From Marsupella aquatica (Eukaryota > Plantae > Marchantiophyta), in assembly GCA_973895155.1 (NCBI GenBank), contig OZ316894.1:9399440-9463439 (forward strand): 64,000 nucleotides of DNA, given 5' to 3'. Position numbers and translations under genes: made by a program. The notes beneath the pieces are model-generated. The model did not search any database. It saw only the letters and a program-made list of their open reading frames with translations, and was not told the origin of the DNA. Below, piece after piece: positions 1 through 12,229 of this stretch (the stretch's first letter is position 1; every line of letters begins with the position of its first letter).

Positions 1-19
1 CCCATGTGGCACCGAAGAA

Positions 20-450
20 TACAATTTGTGACAAATCTGTGCACAATATACAACACGGTTTGCGGCCATTTTCGGGCCCCCATATAATAGTGAACTTGAC
101 AGTTTTGTGCGCAGTGCAAAATTGGGTTTGGGGCCATTTTCGGGCCCCCATCAAAGTACTACTCTTGTGACAACTATTGTGCACAATAGACAATAGGGTT
201 TGGGGCCGTTTTCGGGCCCCATCAAAGTACTAGTCTTGTTACAAATATTGTGCACACTACACAATAAGGGTTTGGGGTCATTGTAAGGCCCCATCACAAT
301 ACTGAACTTGTGACAATATTGTGCACTATACACAATAGGGTTTGGGATCATTTTCGGGCCCCATCACAATACTGCACTTGTGACAATATTGTGCACTATA
401 CACAATATGGTTTGGGGCTATTTTGGGGCCCCCATCACAATACTGAACTT
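20..450. repeat. ~71-bp tandem repeat array (about 6 copies, probably continuing left of the window)
   Basis: The unit ggtttggggccattttcgggccccatcacaatactg..cttgtgacaatattgtgcactatacacaata recurs near 57, 126, 197, 269, 339 and 409. The short ORFs here are repeat artefacts. Confidence 0.9.
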
Positions 451-689
451 TCAATTATTGAAACGTTGAGTCTCTCAGACAAGTTTAGGTAGTTCAAAAT
501 TCTAGGTAGTGTTTGTGAAACTTGAACTGTTACTCACAGAAAATTTGAGTCTGTAGCTATTCCTTCAGTCATTTCCATAATTCGTGAGCTTTGCAAATTA
601 CAAGCTCGCTGGGAGACCAGCACCCACTCCTTTATTCATTTTGCTTCTTTTTGCACTACACTTATTTGCGAGCCACTACAGAAAAAATG

Positions 690-1145
690 CAGTCATTTGT
701 TAGTACGCTCTTTTTCCCACTTTGGCATTAGGTCTTTTTGTCATGTGGTTTCCTATAGGTTACTCCGTTTTTTTCCCTTCTTTTTGGTTGGCCTTAAATG
801 AGTGTTAGTAAACGAGCACTAAGACTTCAGAGAAGATTCCCACTGGACGAAAATGGGTGACTTAAGAGTGAGGTTCCTGCCCATACCCATTCCTTTTGTT
901 CTTTTGTATACTACTGTAATTCTTTGAGAGCCAGTCATTTCTTAGTACATCAATCTCCCCCCTTGGGACATTGGTTCTTTCGGTCTTGTGGTTTTCTTTG
1001 TATACCAACCCTCCCCCCCCCCCCCCGCCCCCCCCCCCCCGTGGTTTTTGGTTGGCCTTAAATGAGTATTTGAGTATGAGCAGTAAGATTTCAGAGAGAA
1101 GTTTTCATAGAGCATTCCTGCTGGACGGTAAATGGGTGACTACCT
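690..1145. repeat. Diverged ~200-260-bp direct duplication
   Basis: The blocks agtcattt..ttagtac, tttttggttggccttaaatgagt and ctggacg..aaatgggtgact occur at ~690-862 and again at ~933-1142. Confidence 0.75.
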
Positions 1146-2626
1146 GGGGACCATGTTCCCCACCAATTTCGATGGCAACATCCATAGAGTGTCAATGTTG
1201 CCGGTGGAGTTCTCCAGGCACTTCCGCTTGCCAAGTCTGCTGCACATGGATCAAAGTCCGGTGGGCCAGGACAGTAGCTTTGATCATGGCATGGCTCAGT
1301 AGCGCTCCAAATTTGGCGCCAAACTCATAGGGCCGATGGAAATGTTCTTAGGGGGCCCACAGAGAGGATGACAACCCTATAAAGAGACACAGAAATCCCG
1401 AGCATCGGAGAGGAACCAAGTCCAGTAACTTGATGGCCCAAGCCATAACCAGGTAGGACAATGCTTTGAGATTTAAGGCCAGACAACATTAAATTGCACT
1501 GCACTGCTGTTCGGCATGGAGCCAGGTTTACTTCAAATTTTTAGTGGATAGCGTTAACATGATCAACCTATGTCGACAGGCCACTCTAGATCCAAGCTTA
1601 TGTCCTTTTGGGGGAATCACTTACTGAGAGGATGGCTCTCATATAATCATAGTCGAAGGTGGATGGGGGACAAACACAACTCGATTGTAACCACCAAGTC
1701 CCTCTTCCGTGGCTTCCTCATTATGCCCGACCTTTCATTCAACTTCCGGAAATAGCTTCACATTCCCTGGCGCTACTGAAAGTATATGCAAGGTCTCTAC
1801 GCGTCTGATATGACTCTCAGGCAAGGCACAGTCCTTGAAAACAAGGGCAAAGAGCTCTTTCTACGATCGATTGATCTAGAAAGATCTAGTGTGTTTGAAG
1901 GCTTTCCACGAGTTTGCGTCCAGATCCCAGCCCAAACAAGTAGGTCAAAGCAAAATCTTCAATCTCCGATCTCCAAGCCTTGGTTGGAGGAGTGTGACTC
2001 TCCACGCATTGGTATTGGTACTCTCTCCTTGACTGTTAGGAGTACCAATAGTCTAGTAGTTTATCCCTTTTTGGTATCATATCATCCAGTACTGGAGAGA
2101 TTGAGAAGTCAACTTACACCTGGTACTTAATGGTGGTGAACGAATAGGTGCTCAAATCTGTAAGCCAAGCCCATCCTTCTGTAGGCAGAAGAGCGAATGT
2201 CCAGCAAGCATCAGCCGAGAACACACAGAGCATAGTAAGACCCCACATCCACAGTTGGAGTTTGCCTCGAGGCACGGAGTCCCAATCCTTCTTTGTCAGC
2301 ATCCGGTTACTTCACGACACTTCAGCAGTTGCCCTTGGAGGATGATGTAGCTCCGAAGCGTGACTTCCTTCCGATCGTTTTAAGCCATTGCTTTCACAGA
2401 ATAAAGACGAGGGACCCAGTGATACGACTCCAAATTACTCTGGCCAAAACGTCTTTCTTGGTGCCTGTCAAGCTTCCATCCCCACAATATTGCTGCCTCT
2501 CATCAGGCAAACTGGAACTTAACTAATAGTTAATGAGCGATAGGAATCCTAACGTCTGCATCCAAAACCCCTCTTGCGGATATCCTTGAGTCAGCTTCAC
2601 GATCCCTGAATAAACTGTCCTGGGAA

Positions 2627-2790
2627 AACTGAGGGCCACACATACAGAAGTATGGATACGACAACCAATAAGAGAGGACACAGGTGCACTAACAAGGTCA
2701 AAGGACTGAGGCCACACATACAGGAGTATGGAACGACAACCAATACGAGAGGACACAAGTGCACTGCAAGTGTAACAAGGTCAAAGGAGC
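2627..2790. repeat. ~78-bp tandem duplication
   Basis: actgag(g)gccacacatacag.agtatgga.acgacaaccaata.gagaggacaca.gtgcact...aacaaggtcaaagg occurs twice. Confidence 0.8.
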
Positions 2791-5197
2791 CTGTTTTCTG
2801 GGATAAGTGTGTAAAAAATCTTGGAATCTTCTCCACTTGAGGAAAACATGACTGGAAGGAGGCAAAGAGATGATCAACGTTCACATGAAATTCGAAGCCC
2901 ATTTGAATACCATGAGCAGACGAGACAGGATTGTTGGTTGAAAACGTGTGCCAGTTTGCGCTCACTAACGTAGATACTAGTGCAACCACTTTTGAGAGCT
3001 CCATACGCTGCTCATATGAAAACTATAAGACTTTCAAAACCCCCCTATAACCAGACCTCACCCATTGAGAGCAGGATCTTCCCGCTGGTGTTAGGCACCT
3101 CGTCCAGCTCCCAAACCTAGGTAGGCTACAACGGGCCTTGCGACAGTGTTCCTTGGGTTCAATGGACACTTTACACAGGCACCCAAGGCGCCACCTTGCC
3201 TTGACAATGTCATGACAATATCTTCATCTCCCATGCGTAGACAAGTGCAAGACCTAGCCTTTTCCACCTTGAAATTGCTGCAACACATACAACAACTTTT
3301 AATCAGCACAGAAACCTTCCGAATGTCAAGTTCTTCACCATCATCATCTGCAGATAGGAGATGATCAGTAGAAACCAAGCAATATGATCAGAGGAATACG
3401 ATCTTACCCTCGCATCGCCCACATAACCAATAAGAACAGATACGTGGAGCAAAACAGGCTCGCCACCCAACTAACGCTAGATACAGAGAACCCGTTCGTC
3501 CGGAGCTAGGCTTTGAGCCTAAACAGAAAACCGATCAATCCCATATCCGTACCACGTCTTAAGGTACATCCTAAGCGCAGCGAGACTCCACTAGAGGCCA
3601 TAGTCATTGGATACACTGCCCTGTAGATTCGATGCATGTAAGCTTCTCTCTGGCAAATCATGCACTAAACTTCTATAGCTGACACGCGAACCCCAATCAT
3701 ACAATATAACTCTACCAGCAAAGAGCATTGTCTATCTCTCTGACGTATCTTTGAATATGGCCTCAGGCGAGAATACGCATTGACATCCTAAGCGTAGTAG
3801 GACCACAAACTTGAACAAACTGGCAATTTCATTACCAACGCCATATCAAAACAAGGTCCACGTCATACAAGTTCAGAGAAAGAGTCCGGCTTCTCGACAG
3901 AACCCACAGACAAATATATTTTTGAAAGAACACATTTCCTTTTCCAATGTACTCTAATGCCTTACATCACATGGCATTTGAATTGTCCTCTTATAGCTCG
4001 ACGATTCCTGGTGAAATGAGTTCCTAACATACTGAATTCGAGCAAGATTTGGAAGTACTCGAATAACATATTGTGTCCGTATCGAGATCTAACACTACGT
4101 AGTACCAGTGTCTTGCAATAGGAAGATTCGCTGGGAGGACTGGTAATGTTTCAGCAAGAAGTCATTATACAACTGCACTTGACTTCTCCTCGAGACAGTC
4201 CATAGTGTTAATTTGAGAAGAAGGTCAGTCCCCGAGGACAGCTATACATTGGGCTCTTGTATTGAAGGCTTTCTCTCACATAACTAGCACCTTTACACCT
4301 GGAACGCACCATTCCTCCATGCACCCATGTTTCAACACCTTGACTTAACCAATGCTTTGTCTCTGAACATAGGGGATCGCTCCTGTTAAGTCTCTCACCA
4401 GCTGCCCGGATTTCTCTTTACATGCAGTCGGATCCAGTTACAACAATACTCTCTAGTCTCCTGTCTTTGGATATTCTTTCTAAGCACGAGGGCCTTGATT
4501 CGACAAAAACTGTAATGCCCAAAAAATCCGCAGGTAAAAGGTAAGCACCATCCGATGGACGTACGAAGGTTACTATACTAAACCAAATAAAGTTAGTTAA
4601 AAGACCTGGTGACCAAGGCGGCCAGAATCCACCGAATAACTACTAGTAGAACAGGATGCCCTCACAGGCTAGAACCCTCATGGATGGTAGGCAAATCGTG
4701 AGCATCCACTGAAGATCTGGGGATGTTAAGGCTACATGTAAGGTAGTATTCTTCTCTCCTTTACAGTGCTGTGCCTCCGCGCCACATCCTTCGCAACCAC
4801 AAGTTGAACCCCAGGATTCAAACCAACTCCACTCAAACCCTTGACGTAATTGCTCAGATGATCCCAGCATCCACTTCAGTCCAGAATGTAATATTAGATG
4901 ACCAACTGCAGGTGCTCTTCCGCCAGCTGTCAAAAGCCTATCCCTGCAGGAAGTTGGCAACTTCTCTATAATCCATCTCAAGTACGAGGCTTTGCAAGCG
5001 ATGTCACAGATGATCTAGTCTGCTATTAATCAGCCATAACGGATAACTGGAAGAACAAAGATTTAGGAAGCAGGAACGGTTTCGACCACAACTGGGAGGG
5101 CAATACTCTCTACCACGCCGTGGGATAAACGAGGGTTCAAATAAGCACACAAAAAAATCAGCAAAATCCAGTAGTCACTTTCTTCAAATATCATCCA

Positions 5198-8040
5198 CTA
5201 GACTCGCTGTTCCGCTCCCTGACAGAAAACCCCAAATTTTCTTCGAAATGACAACAAGGGATTTGCCTAGAAGATATGCTCTACGAAGATGTTGACACGA
5301 TAATCATGACCAAAAAGTATAACCGTCTCCAAAACTCTGATGTAACATACTGAGGGAAGTACATAGGATTTGCAAGAATATCATGCAATTCAGACAGACT
5401 CGTCACATCTCGTCCTTCGAAATAAGAAAGAAACATACACATGAGGACAACATAAAAACTAGCTAAGATAGGTGAAACAATTACTGACACTTGAATCTCA
5501 CCTTCACAATGCGCGGAGGCGTCCCTGGTCTTGACGAATTAGAAGTGCCATAAAACTTGGTCTGCTTTTTCTCGGCTGGCTTCAGTATTTGAAATGAGCA
5601 CATGAGCGTATCATCCACACTCATCATTGCTCCGGCATTATCAAACTCGCCACAATAATTCGGTGCAGAAAATATAGTGACCAGATGCCTTCTCGCAAAG
5701 AACTCATAGCCATCTTCGACTACCTGTGTAGCAACTCTTTCGTGTAAGAACAATTCACATTAATAATCAGCACATAAGGCAAAATCTCCGGAAGGTTAGG
5801 AGTAAACCTGATGAGCTCGACATATTAGGTCCAAATCGTGCTTTTGCAAAAACTCCGTTACGATATCACATCCGAAGGTATAAGATACACCTCGGTCATT
5901 TTCCCCCCAGCCTTGAACGACTTTATCGGGATCGGCCCATAACAGATCACACAACAGCCCTGAGTCTGGGACGTCGGTGGGTCGAGCTATTTTCTTGATT
6001 TGTTCCAAGCTCTTTAACTCGGGCGAAAGTCCTCCATGCATGCAGAGAATCTTTTCATCAATAAGGGCAGCCACCGGTAGGCAGTTGAAACACTCAGTAA
6101 AAATCTTCCACAACCGAATATTAAATCGACGTTTGCACTCATCGTAGAAACCATATATCCGATTAATCGAAGCACACTCGTGGTTTCCCCTCAGCAAGAA
6201 GAAGTTCTCAGGGTACTTAATTTTATATGCAAGTAGAAGACAAATGGTTTCTAGACTCTGCTTCCCACGATCCACATAATCCCCTAAGAACAAGTAGTTG
6301 GCCTCTGGAGGAAATCCACCGTACTCGAACAGTCTCAAAAGATCCGAGTATTGTCCATGAATGTCACCTGCAATATAGCCACAGAAAAAAATGACCTTGT
6401 CATTAAACAACCCCACTTGACTTCTTCGAGCGAGTATCTGTGGATCCTAGTTGATAGATGTGCTGAGTGAGTAGACCCAGAAGTCAAAAAGCCTCTGCTG
6501 GGGTATTTTAGTCGGGCACATGTACGGGTGCTCGTTGCACTGCTAGGGAACGACTTTCTGACCCGGCAGAGTGCCCAATAAACCATATTTATCTAGAATC
6601 TTATTCCACTCTGAACCCAAATGCAAACATTTCGAGAACTAGAGAGTGAGAGAAAGGCGTAGATTCGTGTTTAGGTTCATTCAATACAGTGAGGAGGTCG
6701 TTTGAACGGCATGTGAAAATGCGAGTTGATGCTTGCCAAAAGTTTAATATTCCCATCGGCTCGGCTTGGCATCTCCAGCACCCGGAAGCGATGTTTCCAT
6801 TTACCTTGGACGGCCCATGTAATTCTTTCCCACTAAGTGACACTCCAAAAAGCGGCTCTCTTAACCACAAACAGGTGGAAGGGAACTTTACGCAGAACGA
6901 TGAAAGCTCAATTTCAATCACCCTGCCATAAATTTTCATAGTCCACTCAATCTTTACAGGATAAAACTCTCGAAGGAGCGCACTGCAGCAATTGATACCG
7001 GAAGGACTCGATCGCAGCAGATCCACTCGAATAATGATCCCGACCTCACGAAAAATGGGCCCGCGGATGAAATAAATAAGGTAAAGGTGAAGGATGATTG
7101 CAGTCCACCGCGACAGCAAAATAGCTCACCAATATGCAGCCGAGACAAAATTCTACATGATAGAGGGCACTTTCAGTAATATCTACGAAAAACATGTAGC
7201 TACTTCAGATACGTAAAATGCACTGAACACTAAACCAAACCAACACGCTAATTCATTCTGGAATAGCTACCAGGGACGCTCGTCCGTAACGTAGCTGCTA
7301 GGGTGACCGAAGTTCATCCGGAAACGGGCGTGAAACAGAAACAGCGAAATAATATGGGAAGCCCAACAGACACACGACTCTGGCAAAATTCTAACGCGGA
7401 AAAAGGAAGCGAAAAGTGAAGAGACCTTGATTTCATAACCTCCAGGTCACAGCCCTAACTTATAAACCCCTTCCCTCCGGCACTCGTACATCCAAGAAGC
7501 AACCCTCGGAGGGAAGAACCTCAATACTGCTTTCGACGGCAGGTGACAGACTTTACAAATACACTCGAGCTGTGCATGTACGATAGATGCCCCTACCTAA
7601 ATCCAAACTACGCTCTAAAGTACGTGGATTCACGTCCTCTGAACGGAGAGAAAACCTACGACAAGTGCATGCAGGGCCGCTCCATAAAGCGGGAAAAGAT
7701 CCAGGAAAACAGGATACACTGATCATTGGCACATCTGTCGATCCCTTGCAATAAGACGGGAAACGAGACACGGCAAAACCACATGAGCGGGTGGCACCTT
7801 AACACATTCTCGAAGAACGTCAACAACGAGGATATCCTACAGGACAAGGAAACGAATGGTACCGCAGATCTTGATGGGAGCTTCGAGCTCCAGCAGATTC
7901 GGCTGCGCCAAGAAGATGTCTTTCGACGCCAAGCACAACTGGCGGATCTCCGCCTCCGACAACTGCACTTGTTTGCCTGGCCTCCCAGACCGCACTTCCA
8001 GCAACCGATTAATAATGTCGTCTAGCACATTCGAGTCCAT
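5198..8040 (-). CDS. PP1: Serine/threonine protein phosphatase PP1 catalytic subunit (TOPP family)
   Basis: Exons 8040-7863, 6367-5808 and 5723-5502 join in frame at GT-AG sites (320 codons). They contain the PPP motifs GDIHG, GDYVDRG, LRGNHE and the PP1 loop [11 protein letters not shown]. The last exon is uncertain: 5218-5198 (GAEQRV*) is used here and 4509-4480 is an alternative. Confidence 0.96.
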
Positions 8041-8394
8041 CACCCCCCCTCAGCCCTATACCCCTCCTCCCCCACCCACCCCCCCGTAAACCGCAAGCGG
8101 CTCCGTCCCCTCCCGCCTCCCTCGTCCTCGCTCACTTTCTCTCGCTCTCTGTCTCTCTACTCCGCTTCTCTCTCTATTTCGCTGCTCCGCTCGTCCGTCG
8201 GCCTCCTCCTCTCCTCCACTACTCGCCTGCTATTGCTCTGCCTCCTCGACTTCCAAGATGAACTTGCGCAGGTCCTCCTCCGATCACAAAGCACATACCA
8301 CGCGTACCTGTTTCTCCGCTACGTACCATCAATCCCTATTTCCTCATCGACAATCGACACCGCCGATAACCCCCTCCCGCCGATCGATCCACCT

Positions 8395-8442
8395 CCGCGC
8401 TGCTGCTGCTGCTCCTGCTGCTCCTGCTGCTGCTCCTGCTCC
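8395..8442. repeat. (CTG/CTC)n microsatellite in the probable PP1 5' leader
   Basis: The run tgctgctgctgctcctgctgctcctgctgctgctcctgctcc is visible; a (CCA)n run follows at ~8847-8870. Confidence 0.85.
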
Positions 8443-9430
8443 TATCCACAAACCACCCAACGAGAGACGAACGAACAAACGTCCTCTCCTCGCTGCTCTC
8501 AACCTACCAACCAGAAATCCCCGAGGTACTGCAAAACCCGGATCCGAAACGCGTTGAGCCTCGCTCACCCTCCTCGTAGGGTATGTATGGATTGCGGTCT
8601 CGATAAAATCACAACCAAAACGGAGCCCGGATGAAGGAGGCCGCCACGACGAGGATGAGTCTACTACACTTACTTTACTGGAATGGACCCAGCAACAAAC
8701 AGCCCCCAGCTGCGGCCGACTCTCCTCCCTCTCTCCTCTCCTCTCCTCCCCTCGACTCCCTCTCTCCTCTCCTCCCCTCGACTGCCCTCCGCTCCTCTCC
8801 CCTCGCCTCCCCTCCCCGCCTCGTACACGACGTAGAGAACTAGACTGCCACCACCACCACCACCACCACCGTAGCGATTGGGAGGGAGGGACCGGAGGCA
8901 GGGAGGGAAGGAAGGGCAGGGTTGAGGGGAAAGCAGGCGCGCGCGGGCGGCCTGGCCTGGCTGGCAGGCAACTCGAGTCCGGGCAAAGAGACAACACGGT
9001 GAGATAAAACTAATAATCGTGGTGCACAGAGCGGCGCAGGGCAGGGCAGGGCGGGGCAGGGCAGGGACGGGAATAGGCGACGGGAGCCGAGATGGGGCAG
9101 GTTGGAGAAAGCTTGGTGAGCGGGCAGGCACGTGGTGGAGCCCGCGGCTTTGGGGACAGAGGGCTCGCTCTTCCGGGCAGGGGAAAGAAGGGAGAGATGG
9201 GCAACCTATCTACAGTAATCTAAACACTCAAATATATAGAATGAAATATAAGCATATAGAAATTAGTTGTTTGTGAGGGTTGGGTTTAATGGGAACTGAA
9301 AGATTCTGGATATAGCATGTTCAAACTAATACATGTCTATTTTGACTTTCCAAAATTATAACAACTGATTTGAAATATGAAACAACAAATTGAAAACATT
9401 GGTTGTCTCTCATGGTTTGCTTCTAAAATA

Positions 9431-9651
9431 TAATTTTTGATTACTTTGCCACTAAAGATATTTTAATTCATAATATTGCCACTATTTTTTCTGTATTTAT
9501 AAAAATGCCACTATTTTGCATACAGATAACAAGTTTACCAAGGTAACTAGGGGAATTATATACGAAAACCGTGGTATTTTTGTAAATACGAAAAAAATAG
9601 TGGCAGTATTGTAAATTCAAACATCTTTAATAGCAATGTAGTTAAAAGCTT
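9431..9651. mobile_element. Mutator-like MITE (~220 bp)
   Basis: Imperfect ~90-bp inverted arms (taatattgccactattttttctgtatttataaaaatgccac versus gtggtatttttgtaaatacgaaaaaaatagtggcagtattg) are flanked by the direct repeat ttctaaaata at 9421-9430 and 9652-9661. Confidence 0.75.
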
Positions 9652-11530
9652 TTCTAAAATATCATCCGGGCAAGGAGCTTCCCTCACTATTCAAATGTGG
9701 TGAAAGTTTTCAACTTGCCTCTCCCCATGCACAGCTTGCACACTTCTTGAAATCTGGTTGCCAGACTAACTAGTTGCAACATCAGAATGCCTGGCCATCT
9801 CATTGATGCTCAAGAACATTAGTCTCAACATCACTCACTATCAAAAGGATTGTGCAATGCAATGGGCATTGGGCTAGTCAAGTATAAAAGGTGGATTATA
9901 TGGGGGGAGGCATACAGGAGGTTGTATACTTCATATCCAAGTATGGTACTATGGTCACCTTTGATCATATTTTCATACAAAGTCGCAAACATGCTCAATC
10001 TTATTTTGGAGGGAGCAACTGAGATTGAAAAGTATGTCTGGAATGAGTGTCCGGACTGTTGGGTTATTTGCTTTGGCTGTGGCTGGAACAAGTATCAATT
10101 AGGGGCCCCACCCAACCCAAGCTCAAAAATGCATCATCGATTGTCTTGAATTGACAAATTTTGCGTAAATGCAAAGATCCTCTGGACCATGCGCTACCAT
10201 GAATGTGCAGCTATCTTGTCGAAAGATTTCAACCACCCATTTCCCCCTCTGAAAGTGAATCAATTGACCTCCAAATGGAAAGAAAAAAATTTCAAAAATG
10301 GACAAGCAAATGTTTGACACTTGAAATAGTTGTCAAACTTACCAAGACAACCATAATTAACATGAATCACAAAACCAGTTACAATATAAACTACTGTTTA
10401 ATGTGTGGGTAGTTTAAATCCCCACTTCAACAAAACGGTGCTCAATGGTTTCCTCCACGGTACCAAAGGGATGCTAGATACACTCAAGTTGCATCGAAAG
10501 TAATCACTTTTCAATTCTTACATGCAGATAGATGAAGAGAGAGAAATAATCGGTGTCATGAAATCACTAATTTTGCATAATTGTTTAAGACAAAAAGTTT
10601 CATGGAAAGCTAGAGAACATTGGAAATTCATAATCTCCTCAGATTTCAACTAAATCTAACAATGTTAAGTTCATTAAAAAGCTAAAGAAATTCTAAAATT
10701 CATAATTTCCTTAGTACTCAATAAAATCTGAAAATTTTAAGATCATTCTCATGGAAGGGGTCAACATAGGGATTGTATAACAAAGATTTCTATTCATGTT
10801 AGAGATTATGAAATCATTGGTAAAATCTATTTTTCAAATTATTTACTCAATTCTTATCGAACGGTGACAATGTTGAGCTCATCAGGACCGTCTTTTCAAG
10901 ATCTTTCCAACGCCATATTATACGCAAGTTTTCATTATGATTTGACTCAACAATGTCAAATAAAAAATTGCTGCTAATGAAATTTTATGGTTTGAATAAA
11001 ATTAAAATGTAGATAAAACCATTATTGGGAGAAGTTTTACTTTAATCTTTTGTCTTTTGATTTGCATGTTAATTTTTTTTACATTCTTTTTATTATATGG
11101 TGTCCCAATTTTTATAATAAAGTTACCACAAACACAAATGCAAAAGCTAATTTTATCCAAAAATAAATTTATTTCTGTTTTTGATGATGTGACGTGTCTA
11201 GGAATTACTGTTTCTGACTGAATTCCAAAACTCATATACTTTCGGCGAGGTATTCTTGGCCATCCTTCGGGGTTCAAACCCCCTATTGTGTGAGACACAT
11301 GAAATTCTGTAGACCCTAACCAGGTTGCCAAGATCTTTGGGAATGATCGCACCCGTTGAACTGTTTGCGGTCAGCCTTGAGCTGGCAGGGTAGTCGGGAA
11401 GTACAGTGTGCGAACTGGGAAGGGGAACGGTCAGTCCTGCTACCCGTTCCCACTGCCCTACAGTAGTAGTAGTAGTAGCAGTATGCAGTAAGTCCTGCCC
11501 GTGCCCTGCCCCGTTCCAACTGCCCTAGTA

Positions 11531-11676
11531 GTACTGCGGTAAGTCCTGCTGCCCCGTCCCCACTGTCCGAGTACTGCGGTACGTCCTGCTGCCACTGCCC
11601 GGGTACTGCGGTGATGTCTGCTGCCACTGCCCGGGTACTGCGGTGATGTCTGCTGCCACTGCCCGAGTACTGCGGT
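11531..11676. repeat. GC-rich 32-bp minisatellite
   Basis: gtactgcggt starts at 11531, 11571, 11603, 11635 and 11667; the unit is gtactgcggtgatgtctgctgccactgcccgg. Confidence 0.9.
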
Positions 11677-12133
11677 GAGGCCGGATTATGCTGCCCGCCT
11701 GCCCCGCCTGCGCTTGTTCGCTACGGGGTTACATTTTGCGCTGGTCCACAACGCGGGTGACACCCCGCCCGGAATTCCCCAAAAAGGGCATGTTGGGGCC
11801 ACGTCCCCTGTGAAACCGACTGGCCACGTCACCGAGCCCGTGATGGCTCTCCGATCACCGGGTCCACGCCCGAAACTGCCCACCCAGTTCCAGTCACGTT
11901 CGTTGGCGCGCAAACTATGGAGGTGGGCCCCGCCCGTATTTGAGCTGATGGACGGCCTTTTCGTACCTCCAAAAAGCAACAATCCTGGCCCATGTCAATT
12001 CACTAATGGCTGGCGCGAAAAGGTACTAGCCTTTAGTTTCAAATTATCCAATGCCATAAATAGTCTCTCTGCTGTAGATTGCATTTTTTTTTTCCTATAA
12101 AAGAAAGACATAGACTGATAAATCGGTGTCTTC

Positions 12134-12229
12134 CATCAAAATATATATAGTTTATTGGTTGAACTTTCAGTTCTTTGTGCAAGCATCAAAATATATATAG
12201 TTTATTGGCTGAACTTTCAGTTCTTTGTG
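12134..12229. repeat. 50-bp tandem duplication
   Basis: catcaaaatatatatagtttattgg(t/c)tgaactttcagttctttgtg occurs twice. Confidence 0.9.

Noticed and set aside
20-450. CRISPR-like array
   Set aside because: The inter-repeat segments are homologous to each other, there are no cas genes, and the context is eukaryotic.
6601-7119. 172-aa ORF in PP1 intron 1
   Set aside because: It has a non-ATG start and no recognisable motif, and it is not needed for the PP1 frame.
8233-9276. Several overlapping ORFs of 60-217 aa
   Set aside because: They arise from GC-rich low-complexity leader/promoter sequence and microsatellites and show no domain signal.
9760-10330. Possible transposase remnant (similar doubt for 13630-14220 and 15900-16450)
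   Set aside because: I could not recognise any diagnostic motif by eye, so these are left unannotated.
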